Assembly: GCA_965205975.1 (NCBI GenBank)
Contig: OZ242195.1
Coordinates: 4,053,746-4,117,745, forward strand
Direction: 5' to 3'
Origin: Candidatus Latescibacterota bacterium
GTDB lineage: Bacteria > Latescibacterota > UBA2968
Length of the DNA stretch: 64,000 bases
In this document: in pieces, positions 48,953 to 58,616 of the stretch
Layout of the letters: the number at the start of each line of letters is the position of its first letter
How positions within the stretch are numbered: position 1 is the stretch's first letter
Translations under genes and position numbers: made by a program
Notes under the pieces: generated by a model
Told to the model about the DNA's origin: nothing
What the model saw: the letters and a program-made list of their open reading frames with translations, nothing else
Database searches by the model: none

Positions 48953-49137
48953 AAGGAATCTTCAAGTTGGTAATCCTGGATACCAATATCGTTTCATACA
49001 TCTTCAATAAAGATACCAGGGCACTGTATTACCAGAACCAGATTCAAGGCCAACGCGTGTTCATCTCATTCCAGACCTGGTACTCATCCAGGCACCGGCA
49101 CCACAACCAGATCAGTCACAGGAATAACGAAGGGTAG
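48949..49137 (+). pseudogene. PIN/VapC toxin with internal deletion
   Basis: VILDTNIVSY..ISFQT N-terminus joined out of frame to the C-terminal tail. Confidence 0.7.
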
Positions 49138-49185
49138 AATGATCGAATAAAATCCCCACGGCTACCATTTGCATCCACCCATCAG

Positions 49186-49971
49186 CTACACCTCGGAAAC
49201 CACACCGGGATACCGATTTTCAATCCACCAATCCGCGTGTGGCATCCCGCTCTCGTGCGTTTTTTTCACCAGCAAATCGATATCTATCAGCACGCGACGT
49301 AACTCGATCCGAAGGCTCTTATTCTCCCAGGCAATAACGCCATATTCTGCCCAGGGAGGATATCCCCTATCGTCCGGATTATCCAATGGATCTCGAAGAA
49401 CCCGGCGTATCCGATCCTGTGCGGGAACAGGCGCACCCACACTCCCGGGATTGATGATCGTACTATCTCCATAATAACGAACCATCTGTGTATGCGTATG
49501 CCCCCCAGCCAATACCATCGCGTGATACCCAGACAGCATGCGTTCCATCTCCTCATCTGGCGTGTGAGAAGCGATTCCATCTTCATTAGACCGTGGAGAA
49601 CCGTGATAGCAAAGAAGATTGGTAGTCGCATCCAAAGGTATTTCGACCGTTGCCTGGAACGTCCGCATGTAGTCGAGATCGTCAGGTGAAAGCCTGCGGA
49701 CATCCCAGAATCGAACTTCATTTCCTCGCCTGGCATTCTCGCTCTTTCCCCTACCCGGATGAGGATCAAGACACCACACATCCATATTCCCCATAACAAC
49801 AGAACCATTCAGAGATTTCAAACGAGCAAGAACCTCACATGGTTGGGGACCGTCAGAAACGGTATCACCCAGACACACAATATGATCAATGGATTCTGTT
49901 TTGAGATCATTCAAAACAGCTTCTAAAGCCACTGCATTTCCATGAATATCAGAGATGAGGGCGATTCGCAT
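49186..49971 (-). CDS. Metallophosphoesterase, copy 2
   Basis: Near-identical to 45501..46286. Confidence 0.92.
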   Translation of the reverse strand: MRIALISDIHGNAVALEAVLNDLKTESIDHIVCLGDTVSDGPQPCEVLARLKSLNGSVVMGNMDVWCLDPHPGRGKSENARRGNEVRFWDVRRLSPDDLDYMRTFQATVEIPLDATTNLLCYHGSPRSNEDGIASHTPDEEMERMLSGYHAMVLAGGHTHTQMVRYYGDSTIINPGSVGAPVPAQDRIRRVLRDPLDNPDDRGYPPWAEYGVIAWENKSLRIELRRVLIDIDLLVKKTHESGMPHADWWIENRYPGVVSEV

Positions 49972-50029
49972 ATTCATACCTCCTTGTAGTGAGAGAGCTT
50001 CAAAGGAATTTTTGTACATCATTGGCCTC

Positions 50030-50187
50030 AAAAACAAAAAAAGCGCGGACAATCTACCATAGGAGATGTATCCTCCTATAGCAGCTCCCCCGCGCCATCG
50101 CTTCAGTTGACGCAAAATATTAGCTCGATCAATAGGTTTTTATTGCCTGTTTACACCAATGATACTCTATAGATCTTCGTAATGCAA
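50030..50187 (-). promoter_or_regulatory. Promoter plus attenuator-like leader, copy 2
   Basis: TTGCAT-17-TATCAT; same hairpin and U-tract as copy 1. Confidence 0.6.
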
Positions 50188-50248
50188 GCCTTTTGGAGAG
50201 ATTTCTCAGCCCAATGGACCTCCACCTTTCTTAATAGGACTCGGACAC

Positions 50249-50773
50249 TTACTTTTTTAACTTTACAAATTCAGCAAATCCCATCCTCTTACCAGTGAGC
50301 GAAAAGATGACCATTTCATGACACACAACAACAACACGCTGAAAGGTCCGGTATCGTTCCAATACGCGACCAACACGACCACGCACACTGGACATCGGCT
50401 CCCAATCTCTCGTCTCTCCTATAGGCCACTCACTTCCCAGTTCATGCATTTCTGCCTCTGTTTCTTCGACAAGCTCCATCGAATCTCGCCATCCGCAAAT
50501 CCATTCGTGCAGATCAAACTCGACTCGAAGTGGAAGATCGAGTATTCGGCTGAGTATAGCAGCCGATTGGAGCGCCCGTGACATTGGGGATGAAATAACA
50601 ATCTGAGGATCTTCATTTGACAGGGATTTTGAAGCATTCTCAATCTGGCTGATCCCCTTATCGGTCAACGGAATAATATGGGCTGCCCAACCCTCCTCTG
50701 CGCCTTTGAGATTCCCACCAGCAGCTAAATCCCAAATGGGTTCTCCATGTCGAATAAGATAGAAAGTCGTCAT
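50249..50773 (-). CDS. Histidine phosphatase family protein
   Basis: YLIRHGE, SSPMSRALQSA, DLHEW, VVCH. Confidence 0.9.
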   Translation of the reverse strand: MTTFYLIRHGEPIWDLAAGGNLKGAEEGWAAHIIPLTDKGISQIENASKSLSNEDPQIVISSPMSRALQSAAILSRILDLPLRVEFDLHEWICGWRDSMELVEETEAEMHELGSEWPIGETRDWEPMSSVRGRVGRVLERYRTFQRVVVVCHEMVIFSLTGKRMGFAEFVKLKK

Positions 50774-50831
50774 TCCTCAATCTCCACTTATATGTGAAAC
50801 TGAAAGACTCTCAACAGCATACGCCATCATA

Positions 50832-50869
50832 CCTGTTGACCGTTCATCAGCCTGTTAAACCGCTTATCA
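50832..50869 (+). promoter_or_regulatory. Direct repeat, putative LytTR-family binding sites
   Basis: cctgttgaccgttcatca / cctgttaaaccgcttatca; cores 20 bp apart, resembling AlgR CCGTTCGTC. Confidence 0.5.
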
Positions 50870-50953
50870 TCTTTTGCTTCTTAAAACGCGATAGATCGCC
50901 TACCTTTTGATTGATCACAAAAGAGAAGTATTCACCGTCAAAAGGAGGATGTC

Positions 50954-51817
50954 ATGTCAAAATGGAAACACGTCATATTGCAAATGAGTGCAATCTTTAT
51001 AGCGCTTTTAACACCGATTCTCGCATCTGCACAGACAGATAATCCGCAACCTTTCAAAGTGGAAATAACGGGGTCCGGACATCCGATGATCTTGATTCCC
51101 GGTCTAAGTAGCTCTGGAGACGTCTGGCGCGAAACAGTCAGCCGATACCAGAACAGCTTTGAATGTCATGTCTTTACACTGGCGGGATTTGCCGGACAGC
51201 CACCCGTGCAAACAGACCATTATTTGCAAACCATGAGAGACGCCCTTATTGCATACATCCAGGAAAACGATCTAAAAAAACCAATCCTTGCAGGACACAG
51301 TTTGGGTGGTTTTCTATCGTTGTGGGTTGCTGCAAGCATACCCGAAAGCGTGGGATCGCTTATTATTGTCGATGCCGTGCCCTTTTTACCCGCATTACAA
51401 AACCCGGCAACAACCGTTGAATTTATGCGCGCGCCAGCAGAACAAACACGCGCCTGGATACGCTCTCAAACACCTGAACAAAGAGAAAAAGCAACGCCAT
51501 CTATGCTCAAAATGATGATCACAGACCCCGCAAAAATAGATACGGCTGTCGTGTGGAGTCTATCTTCGGACCCAAACACAGTTGCCCAAGCAATGTACGA
51601 AATGTTCTTGACAGACTTGCGGACCGAAATAAAAAAAATACAAACCCCTGTACTGGTATTGGGAGCCTGGATTTCGGGGCAATCTCAGGGCGCAACGCGG
51701 GAAAGCTCACTATTGGATCTGTACAACTTTTGTTGTGGACACACCTGCTCAGAATCATATTCAAAAAGCGGCATTGGGTCACACTGCCTTTGTGGAAACT
51801 CTTTATCCGAGTATTGA
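50954..51817 (+). pseudogene. Secreted alpha/beta hydrolase, 3'-truncated near 51705
   Basis: Signal peptide, IPGLSS, GHSLGG nucleophile; C-terminal catalytic His region replaced by out-of-frame kinase sequence. Confidence 0.75.
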
Positions 51818-52370
51818 TAGCCGACCTTGTCATCGCGATTATCAGCCAGAGCATTCAGATCTTTGGTTATTTTTATATCGATGAGATTTCGCTTGAACAA
51901 TTCCGTTGGAAATTGTATGGCATCCAAATACTCAACACGAACTTTATCCTCTGGATATGGTCGCTGTTATATGTCGTGTTCCACATGTTTGACATAACCA
52001 AACGCGGAGAACGCGAAAAATGGGAATTGCAAACAGCGGTTCAAGAAGCCGAATTGATGGCACTAAAAGCCCAGATAAATCCCCATTTTCTCTTTAACAG
52101 CCTCAACAATATCCGTGCACTGGTCATTGAAAACCCCGCACGAGCACGCGACATGATCTCAAAACTATCTGAACTATTCCGATACGCACTACAGGTCAGC
52201 AACACCAGAAGTGTGCTATTGAAAGAGGAATTGGCAATTGCGAAAAACTATCTCCAACTCGAAGCCACCCAATTGGAAGACAGGTTGCGCTATCAATTTG
52301 ACATCGCACCGGAAACACGACAAGTCGAAATTCCTCCGATGACCATACAAACTCTGGTCGAAAATGCTAT
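51705..52370 (+). pseudogene. LytS/YehU-family sensor kinase fragment
   Basis: LKAQINPHFLFNSLNNI, PPMTIQTLVENAI then truncated; no start, ATP-binding boxes missing. Confidence 0.8.
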
Positions 52371-52372
52371 AA

Positions 52373-52777
52373 CGCCTTGCAAGCGCGATTGAAAAACTAC
52401 ACGCCCAAACGCTTTCTCCTGATGAAGCTGTTGCACCGGCATTGACAGATTCGAGTCGCGTCTTTGTAAAAGATGGGGACCAGTGCTGGTTTATCAAACT
52501 CTCAGATATTCAATTGTTCGAAGTTTCTGGCAATCACACGCGGGTCTATTTTCAAAAATTCAAACCCCTTATTCCGCGCACCCTCAACCACCTTGAAGAG
52601 CGTCTGGACAAACGCATATTTTTTCGCGTCAATCGCCAACAAATTGTCAATTTACAGTATATCGAAAAAATTGAGCCCTATTTTCAAGGCAGCCTGAAAG
52701 TATTTTTGAAAGGGGGCTATGAAATTGAAATTTCCCGACGTCAGACACAAAAGTTTCGAGAACGCCTGAGTCTTTAA
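52373..52777 (+). pseudogene. LytTR response regulator, receiver domain deleted
   Basis: RLASAIEK..VFVKDGDQCWF..FFRVNRQQIVNL..ISRR. Confidence 0.8.
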
Positions 52778-52820
52778 TCCGCACAATCCAATGTACCAAC
52801 TGGAAGGAGGTAACGTTATT

Positions 52821-52991
52821 ATGGCAGATTTCGGTGCAGGTATCGCCGTAGGAGTAGGTGCTGGGAATCAAAGCGCGTACAAGAAACGTGAGAAACAGCT
52901 ACGCAAAGCGATCTCCGACAACGAGCTTTCTATTCGCGATAAAAATGGGGAGCCGTTGACAGTCGATGAATTTTTTGAGCTTCTCGACTAA
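52821..52991 (+). CDS. Small hypothetical protein
   Basis: AAGGAGG SD; MADFGAGIAVGVGAG. Confidence 0.55.
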   Translation: MADFGAGIAVGVGAGNQSAYKKREKQLRKAISDNELSIRDKNGEPLTVDEFFELLD

Positions 52992-53156
52992 AACCATATG
53001 GACTTAACCCATTTTAGTGAATATCTCATCTTTTCAGATTAAAAATACGTATTATAAACCCTTGTTTTTCCGCTTAAATTGCGGATATTTGTAAATGCGG
53101 GCATGCTGATCTCGAAGGGACTTCTGAAAAGTAGTACACAATGGGGGTAATGAATT

Positions 53157-53357
53157 ATGAAACTACATGTCGATAAGGAAGCCGACGCACTCTATCTACG
53201 CCTTGACGACTCTGCTATTGTCGAGTCAGAAGAGGTCTCGCCGGGCGTGGTGCTCGATTACAATGCATCAAACGAAGTAGTGGGCGTAGAAATACTCTAT
53301 CTCTCCAAACGCTCCTCTAATCTGAATCTTTCCGCTCTGCAATTTGAGACAGCTTGA
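53157..53357 (+). CDS. DUF2283 family protein (putative antitoxin)
   Basis: DKEADALYLRL..ESEEVSPGVVLDY..VVGVEIL. Confidence 0.85.
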   Translation: MKLHVDKEADALYLRLDDSAIVESEEVSPGVVLDYNASNEVVGVEILYLSKRSSNLNLSALQFETA

Positions 53358-53430
53358 TCGTTTCCTACAAGAACTATCATTTTTATTTTTAACATATTCA
53401 GCCGCGCACCCTGAAGCCCATGAACGCGAT

Positions 53431-53697
53431 ATGGCAACCGGATCGATAAAGCTGGAATTTAGCAAACATGCGGTTCTTGCAAGGACAGAACGCATGATCC
53501 CTCAGGAGTGGGTCGAACGGGTGGTAGCCGAACCGATGTTGCGTATATCCGACCCGAATGACCTTGAGGTAGAACGATTTTTTCGAATCATCCCGGAACA
53601 GGGTGGCCGCGTGTTGCGCGTAGCCGTGAACACCTCCGTTACGCCCTGGCGGGTGGTGAGCGTATTCTTTGATCGAAATATGAAAGGCAAACTGTAA
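53431..53697 (+). CDS. DUF4258 family protein (putative toxin)
   Basis: FSKHA..R..ER.I..EWV, GGRVLRV.VN, VVSVFFDR. Confidence 0.75.
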   Translation: MATGSIKLEFSKHAVLARTERMIPQEWVERVVAEPMLRISDPNDLEVERFFRIIPEQGGRVLRVAVNTSVTPWRVVSVFFDRNMKGKL

Positions 53698-53737
53698 AAC
53701 TCCATTGTAATAAATGATAGTCCTACGGCTAACACAG

Positions 53738-53779
53738 CAGGCACATTGTTCTGATTTCAATGTGCCTGTTTTTTATTTT
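53738..53779 (+). terminator. Intrinsic terminator
   Basis: caggcacattg..caatgtgcctg followed by a T-run. Confidence 0.75.
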
Positions 53780-53900
53780 AAGTGTTCATTTTCGGACACT
53801 ACTGTATCAAAATCGGACACTTATTGAACTGCGCTCATGACACAAATTTTCATAACTACTTGTAAAATATAGAGAATAAGTTTTTGGCACAGGAATTGCT
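53780..53900 (+). promoter_or_regulatory. Sigma-54 promoter with tandem activator sites, copy 2
   Basis: 43-bp block identical to 30908-30950; TGGCAC-N5-TTGCT at 53885-53900; same spacing as copy 1. Confidence 0.8.
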
Positions 53901-54061
53901 TACTATTTTTATACATTCGCTCTATATGGATGAATGAGTAAAAATAGGGGCTGGAGATTGATAAGAGGCACACTGACGCAAAACAAAGTTGAATATTGTT
54001 CAAAGTATGACTATTTTTCCCATTCAGCTTTCACACCAAACTCTGGATAGAGGATTTAAAC

Positions 54062-55420
54062 GTGTCAACACCCGAACGAGATGATGCGCCAAAAAAGAAA
54101 GCCGTACCCAGCTTTGTAGGCAGGGGTTCTTCATCGTCCCAACCGTCAACAGACACCACGGGCCAGGATGGCATGGACCGCAGGGTCGAAAAAAAAGTAT
54201 GGACACCAAAGCGCATCGCCAGCATCAGCGGGATCGCCGTATTTGTGTGTGCCGTGATCTACATGGCGATCTTTGGCGACCACAGCGCCCGGCTCAATGT
54301 ACAGATCGACCGGATTACCATCTCGGAAGTCACGCGCGGTCCTTTCCAGGAATTTACTGTCCAGCGCGGCACCGTATTGCCAATTCAAACATATTATATC
54401 GACGCACTGGAAGGCGGACAAATAGAGGAAATCTTCCTGGAAGAAGGAACCATGGTCGAAAAAGGCATACCCATTTTGAAATTGTCAAACCCCACCCTGG
54501 AACAAAATATTTTAACCCAGGAAGCCCGTTTATTTGAACAAATCAACAACATGGAAAACACCCGGTTGAATCTGGAAAATCGGGCCATTAGCAACCGCCA
54601 GGAACTGATGCGCGTTGAATTGAACTTGCGGGAGACAGAACGACAATACGAAAAGCAGAAAGTTTTGTTCGAACGCGGATTGACTTCCCAAGACCTGTTT
54701 GAAAGTGCGCGGGATCGATATCAAAACGATCAAAAACGCAGGTCATTTGCATTGGAAACAGTACGCCAGGACTCGCTGTATCGCATCAACCAACTCGCTG
54801 CACTGGACACGAGTGCCAGGAGTTTGCAACGGCAATTGGAGCATGTGCGCCGTCCGTTAGAGAACCTGACCGTGCGCGCGCCCATTTCCGGACAATTATC
54901 CCAATTAAATGCAGAAATCGGCCAGTTGATGAACAGGGGAAGGCGCATTGGTCAGGTCGATGTGCTCGACGCCTATAAAATGCGGGTGGGCATCGATGAA
55001 TTTTACATCACCAGAATCACAAAAGGACTCAAAGGCACCATTGAAATCGACGATGAAACTTATGAACTAACAATCCGTCGGGTCTTTCCCGAAGTCTTAG
55101 AGGGACAATTTGAAGTCGATATGGATTTTGTGGATGCGACACCGCAAAGCATTCGGCGCGGTCAAACAGAACAGATCCGATTGGAACTCGACGCACCCGA
55201 AGAAGCCCTCTTGCTCCCCCGCGGTGGATTTTATCAAACAACAGGCGGCAACTGGGTATTTGTCATCGAAGGCGACGAAGCCATACGCCGCGAAGTGCGC
55301 ATAGGCCGCCAAAGCCCCGAATACTTCGAAGTCCTCGCCGGCCTCTCTCCCGGCGAGCGCGTGGTCACATCGTCTTATGACAATTACGAAGAAATCGACA
55401 AGCTGGTTTTAAAGCGGTAA
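54062..55420 (+). CDS. Periplasmic adaptor / membrane fusion protein (HlyD/MacA-like)
   Basis: N-terminal TM, EGGQIEE lipoyl half, coiled coil, RAPISGQL, GGFYQTTGGNW, GLSPGERV; start may be MDRRV. Confidence 0.92.
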   Translation: MSTPERDDAPKKKAVPSFVGRGSSSSQPSTDTTGQDGMDRRVEKKVWTPKRIASISGIAVFVCAVIYMAIFGDHSARLNVQIDRITISEVTRGPFQEFTVQRGTVLPIQTYYIDALEGGQIEEIFLEEGTMVEKGIPILKLSNPTLEQNILTQEARLFEQINNMENTRLNLENRAISNRQELMRVELNLRETERQYEKQKVLFERGLTSQDLFESARDRYQNDQKRRSFALETVRQDSLYRINQLAALDTSARSLQRQLEHVRRPLENLTVRAPISGQLSQLNAEIGQLMNRGRRIGQVDVLDAYKMRVGIDEFYITRITKGLKGTIEIDDETYELTIRRVFPEVLEGQFEVDMDFVDATPQSIRRGQTEQIRLELDAPEEALLLPRGGFYQTTGGNWVFVIEGDEAIRREVRIGRQSPEYFEVLAGLSPGERVVTSSYDNYEEIDKLVLKR

Positions 55421-55451
55421 ACCAATCGCTTTTTACAAAAGGAGTCTCACA

Positions 55452-56129
55452 ATGATCAAAACCGTCAACCTCCAGAAAGTCTATACCACAGAAGAAGTGG
55501 AAACAACCGCCCTGAACAATGTCAACATAGACATTGACGAAGGCGAATTCGTCGCCGTAATGGGACCCTCAGGATGCGGCAAATCCACACTCTTGAACGT
55601 ACTCGGCCTGCTGGACAACCCGAGCGACGGAGAATACTTTCTAAACGAAGAAGAAGTATCCAAACACACCGAACGGCAAAGAGCCAACACCCGCAAGTCA
55701 AACATCGGCTTTGTATTTCAAAGTTTCAACCTCATCGACGAACTGACCGTCGCCGAAAACGTGGAACTGCCCCTGTTATATCTGGGCTTACCGGCCAGCG
55801 AGCGCAAACAGCGCCTGGATGAATCGCTGGAATACATGGGCATCAAACACCGCGAAAAGCATTTCCCTCAGCAACTGTCAGGCGGTCAGCAGCAGCGCGT
55901 AGCCGTAGCCAGAGCCGTCATAGCAAACCCCAACATCATCCTCGCAGACGAGCCAACGGGTAATCTCGACTCGGCAAACGGCAACGAGGTCATGGACCTG
56001 TTGACCGAACTGAACAAAAACGGCACCACAATCGTCATGGTAACCCACAACTCGCACGACGCGGGCTACGCCCATCGCATCATCCACCTGTTCGACGGTC
56101 ATGTCGTCACGGAGAACATCAGGGGATAG
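55452..56129 (+). CDS. ABC transporter ATP-binding protein (LolD/MacB-type) no. 1
   Basis: [29 protein letters not shown]. Confidence 0.96.
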   Translation: MIKTVNLQKVYTTEEVETTALNNVNIDIDEGEFVAVMGPSGCGKSTLLNVLGLLDNPSDGEYFLNEEEVSKHTERQRANTRKSNIGFVFQSFNLIDELTVAENVELPLLYLGLPASERKQRLDESLEYMGIKHREKHFPQQLSGGQQQRVAVARAVIANPNIILADEPTGNLDSANGNEVMDLLTELNKNGTTIVMVTHNSHDAGYAHRIIHLFDGHVVTENIRG

Positions 56130-56141
56130 CGGAAAAACCAC

Positions 56142-58568
56142 ATGCTCAAAAACTATCTCAAAATCGCCATTCGCAACATCGCCAGAAATAAGACATTCTC
56201 CGCAATCAACATCATCGGGCTCGCGATTGGAATGGCGTGCTGTGTTCTGATTTTTTCGACGGTGCATCAACAATGGTCTTTTGATCGGTTTCACAAAAAC
56301 AGAGATGTGATCTTTCGGGTATTAACGCGGGAAATTACCAGAGAAGGCGAAGTCGCATTTATGGTATTACAGCCGAAGGAACTCGCAGGCACATTGAAGG
56401 ACGCATTTCCAGAAATCGTTCATACAACGCGATTTGCCAATTCGTATGTGATTGTCGGGCGTGAAGACAAGCTGTTTCAAGAACGCATTGCACTAATAGA
56501 TCCGCCTTATTTGCAGATATTCACCTATCCGCTATTAGCCGGAGATGCAACTGACGATTTGCACAGCGTGGTCATCAGCGAGCGCGTGGCGAAAAAATAC
56601 TTTGGTGAAACAGAAAATTACGCCCGTGTGATAGGCCAATCGCTGCGTATTAAAGGCGCTCGAGATCCACAAGATTTTGTGGTGACAGGCATTATGAAAG
56701 CCTTGCCGTTGACCTCGAGTATGCGTGGAAATGACATTCTCATCCCCTTTGAGAATGCATATCGAGATGACACATGGTATTTCAGGACATCGCAGACCCG
56801 GAGTGGGAATGTTGTATCGACTTATGTTCAAATCCAGGACGCGAGTCAGGCAACTGCATTAAATGAAAAACTCGCTTCTTTTACCAGCGAACTTCTGGAC
56901 AAGCAGCGAAGCAGAAGGATCAAGAGCGGGCGTATTCAAGATCGCGCCGATGCGTTTCGATTGCAATTGCAAGCACTCGTAGATATTCATTTTCAAAATG
57001 AAATGCGCGGAGGATACGCACAAAAGATCAGCCCGATATTTGCTTATATCCTATCAGCCATTGGTGTGGTGGTGTTGCTGATCGCCTGTATCAATTTTAC
57101 AACCCTGTCACTGGGACAATCGACGCAGCGGTCACTGGAAGTGGGCATGCGCAAGGTGTTGGGCGCACATCGCGGTAATTTGATGCGGCAGTTTTGGGGT
57201 GAAACCCTGCTGATGAGTTTGCTCGCCCTGATCCTGGGATTGGTACTTGCAGAATTGTTTCTACCGGTATTTAACAACCTGATGGGCGGGGCAGTGGCGA
57301 TTGTGCCGAGTTGGGAATTGGTCGTTGCGTTGATGGGTATTCTCGTATTTGTCGGACTCGCCGCAGGCAGTTATCCAGCACTAATACTGTCAAAATTTCA
57401 ACCCATATCCGTATTTAAGGGCAACACGCGGACAAGACGGCGCAAACCCTTTACACGCGCCCTCGTCATCGTACAATATGCCTTGTCGATTGTTTTGATG
57501 ATCGGCACGGGCATTATGGCGCAACAATTGGATTATTTGCAGTCAAAAAGTTTGGGATATACCAGCGAACAGGTGGTGGTCCTGGACAAAGCGACGCCGG
57601 AAACGCCCCAACGCTTGCGCGATGCCTTACGCGGTCATGATCGCATCGTAAATATTGCTGGCGGTGGCTATTCATTTGTAAATAGTCAAGAACAAAGAGG
57701 CCATAGATTGCCCAATGGCAAGTCGATCACTATCTGGACCATGTGGATTGATGAAGCCTATCTGAAAACACTGGGTATTGGCCTGAAGATGGGGCGAAAC
57801 TTTTCTCCAGAATTTCCGAGCGATCCTCAGCGGGCTGTAATTGTGAACGAGAAGCTGGTAGATATCTTTGGATGGGATAACCCCATTGGACAACCCTTTC
57901 CCGTACTGAACAAAAAAGAGCCGCACCAGGTGGTTGGCGTGGTGAAAAATTTTCACTTCGAATCACTTCACAACGAAATCGAGCCAATTGCATTCTATAA
58001 CTCAATAGGCGACTCGCCAGGGGATCGCGGCCCGAGCGTGATACTCGTGCGTATTCGTCCAGAAGATGTGAACGGCAGCATTGAGTTGCTGCGAGAAACC
58101 TGGAAAAAAATTGCACCCGATCGTCCATTTTCGATCGCATTCCTGGATCAACAGGTCAACCGGCAATACCACGCAGAGCAACAATGGCTCCAAATCGTCT
58201 GGTACGCATCGGGATTTGGCATCTTAATTGCGTGTCTGGGTTTATTTGGCCTCGCATCCCTATCTGTGTCGCAGCGCACCAAAGAAATAGGCATCCGCAA
58301 AGTATTAGGCGCATCGGTAAGTGAAATCACCGCGCTTCTATCCCGGGAATTTGTACTCCTGCTCACCATCGCCAATCTCATTGCCTGGCCCATAGCCTAC
58401 TGGGCAATGGGCCAGTGGCTCAACAGCTTTGCGTATCGCATTGAACCCGGCATAAAAATATATCTTCTGTGTAGCCTGTTAGCCGTTGTCATCGCCCTGT
58501 GTACCATAAGCCTTCAAGCCATCCGCGCCGCGCGTTCCAATCCCGTTGACGCCCTGCGGTATGAGTAG
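56142..58568 (+). CDS. ABC transporter permease no. 6
   Basis: Same permease motifs, ends PVDALRYE. Confidence 0.95.
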   Translation: MLKNYLKIAIRNIARNKTFSAINIIGLAIGMACCVLIFSTVHQQWSFDRFHKNRDVIFRVLTREITREGEVAFMVLQPKELAGTLKDAFPEIVHTTRFANSYVIVGREDKLFQERIALIDPPYLQIFTYPLLAGDATDDLHSVVISERVAKKYFGETENYARVIGQSLRIKGARDPQDFVVTGIMKALPLTSSMRGNDILIPFENAYRDDTWYFRTSQTRSGNVVSTYVQIQDASQATALNEKLASFTSELLDKQRSRRIKSGRIQDRADAFRLQLQALVDIHFQNEMRGGYAQKISPIFAYILSAIGVVVLLIACINFTTLSLGQSTQRSLEVGMRKVLGAHRGNLMRQFWGETLLMSLLALILGLVLAELFLPVFNNLMGGAVAIVPSWELVVALMGILVFVGLAAGSYPALILSKFQPISVFKGNTRTRRRKPFTRALVIVQYALSIVLMIGTGIMAQQLDYLQSKSLGYTSEQVVVLDKATPETPQRLRDALRGHDRIVNIAGGGYSFVNSQEQRGHRLPNGKSITIWTMWIDEAYLKTLGIGLKMGRNFSPEFPSDPQRAVIVNEKLVDIFGWDNPIGQPFPVLNKKEPHQVVGVVKNFHFESLHNEIEPIAFYNSIGDSPGDRGPSVILVRIRPEDVNGSIELLRETWKKIAPDRPFSIAFLDQQVNRQYHAEQQWLQIVWYASGFGILIACLGLFGLASLSVSQRTKEIGIRKVLGASVSEITALLSREFVLLLTIANLIAWPIAYWAMGQWLNSFAYRIEPGIKIYLLCSLLAVVIALCTISLQAIRAARSNPVDALRYE

Positions 58569-58598
58569 GGGCGACCCCCTGTGGTCGCCCGCTGACCG
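58565..58598. repeat. GTAG REP overlapping the permease stop codon
   Basis: gtaggggcgaccccctgtggtcgcccgctgaccg; reverse complement of 10178-10210 with few mismatches. Confidence 0.7.
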
Positions 58599-58616
58599 TT
58601 GTTCCGGAGAATCACC

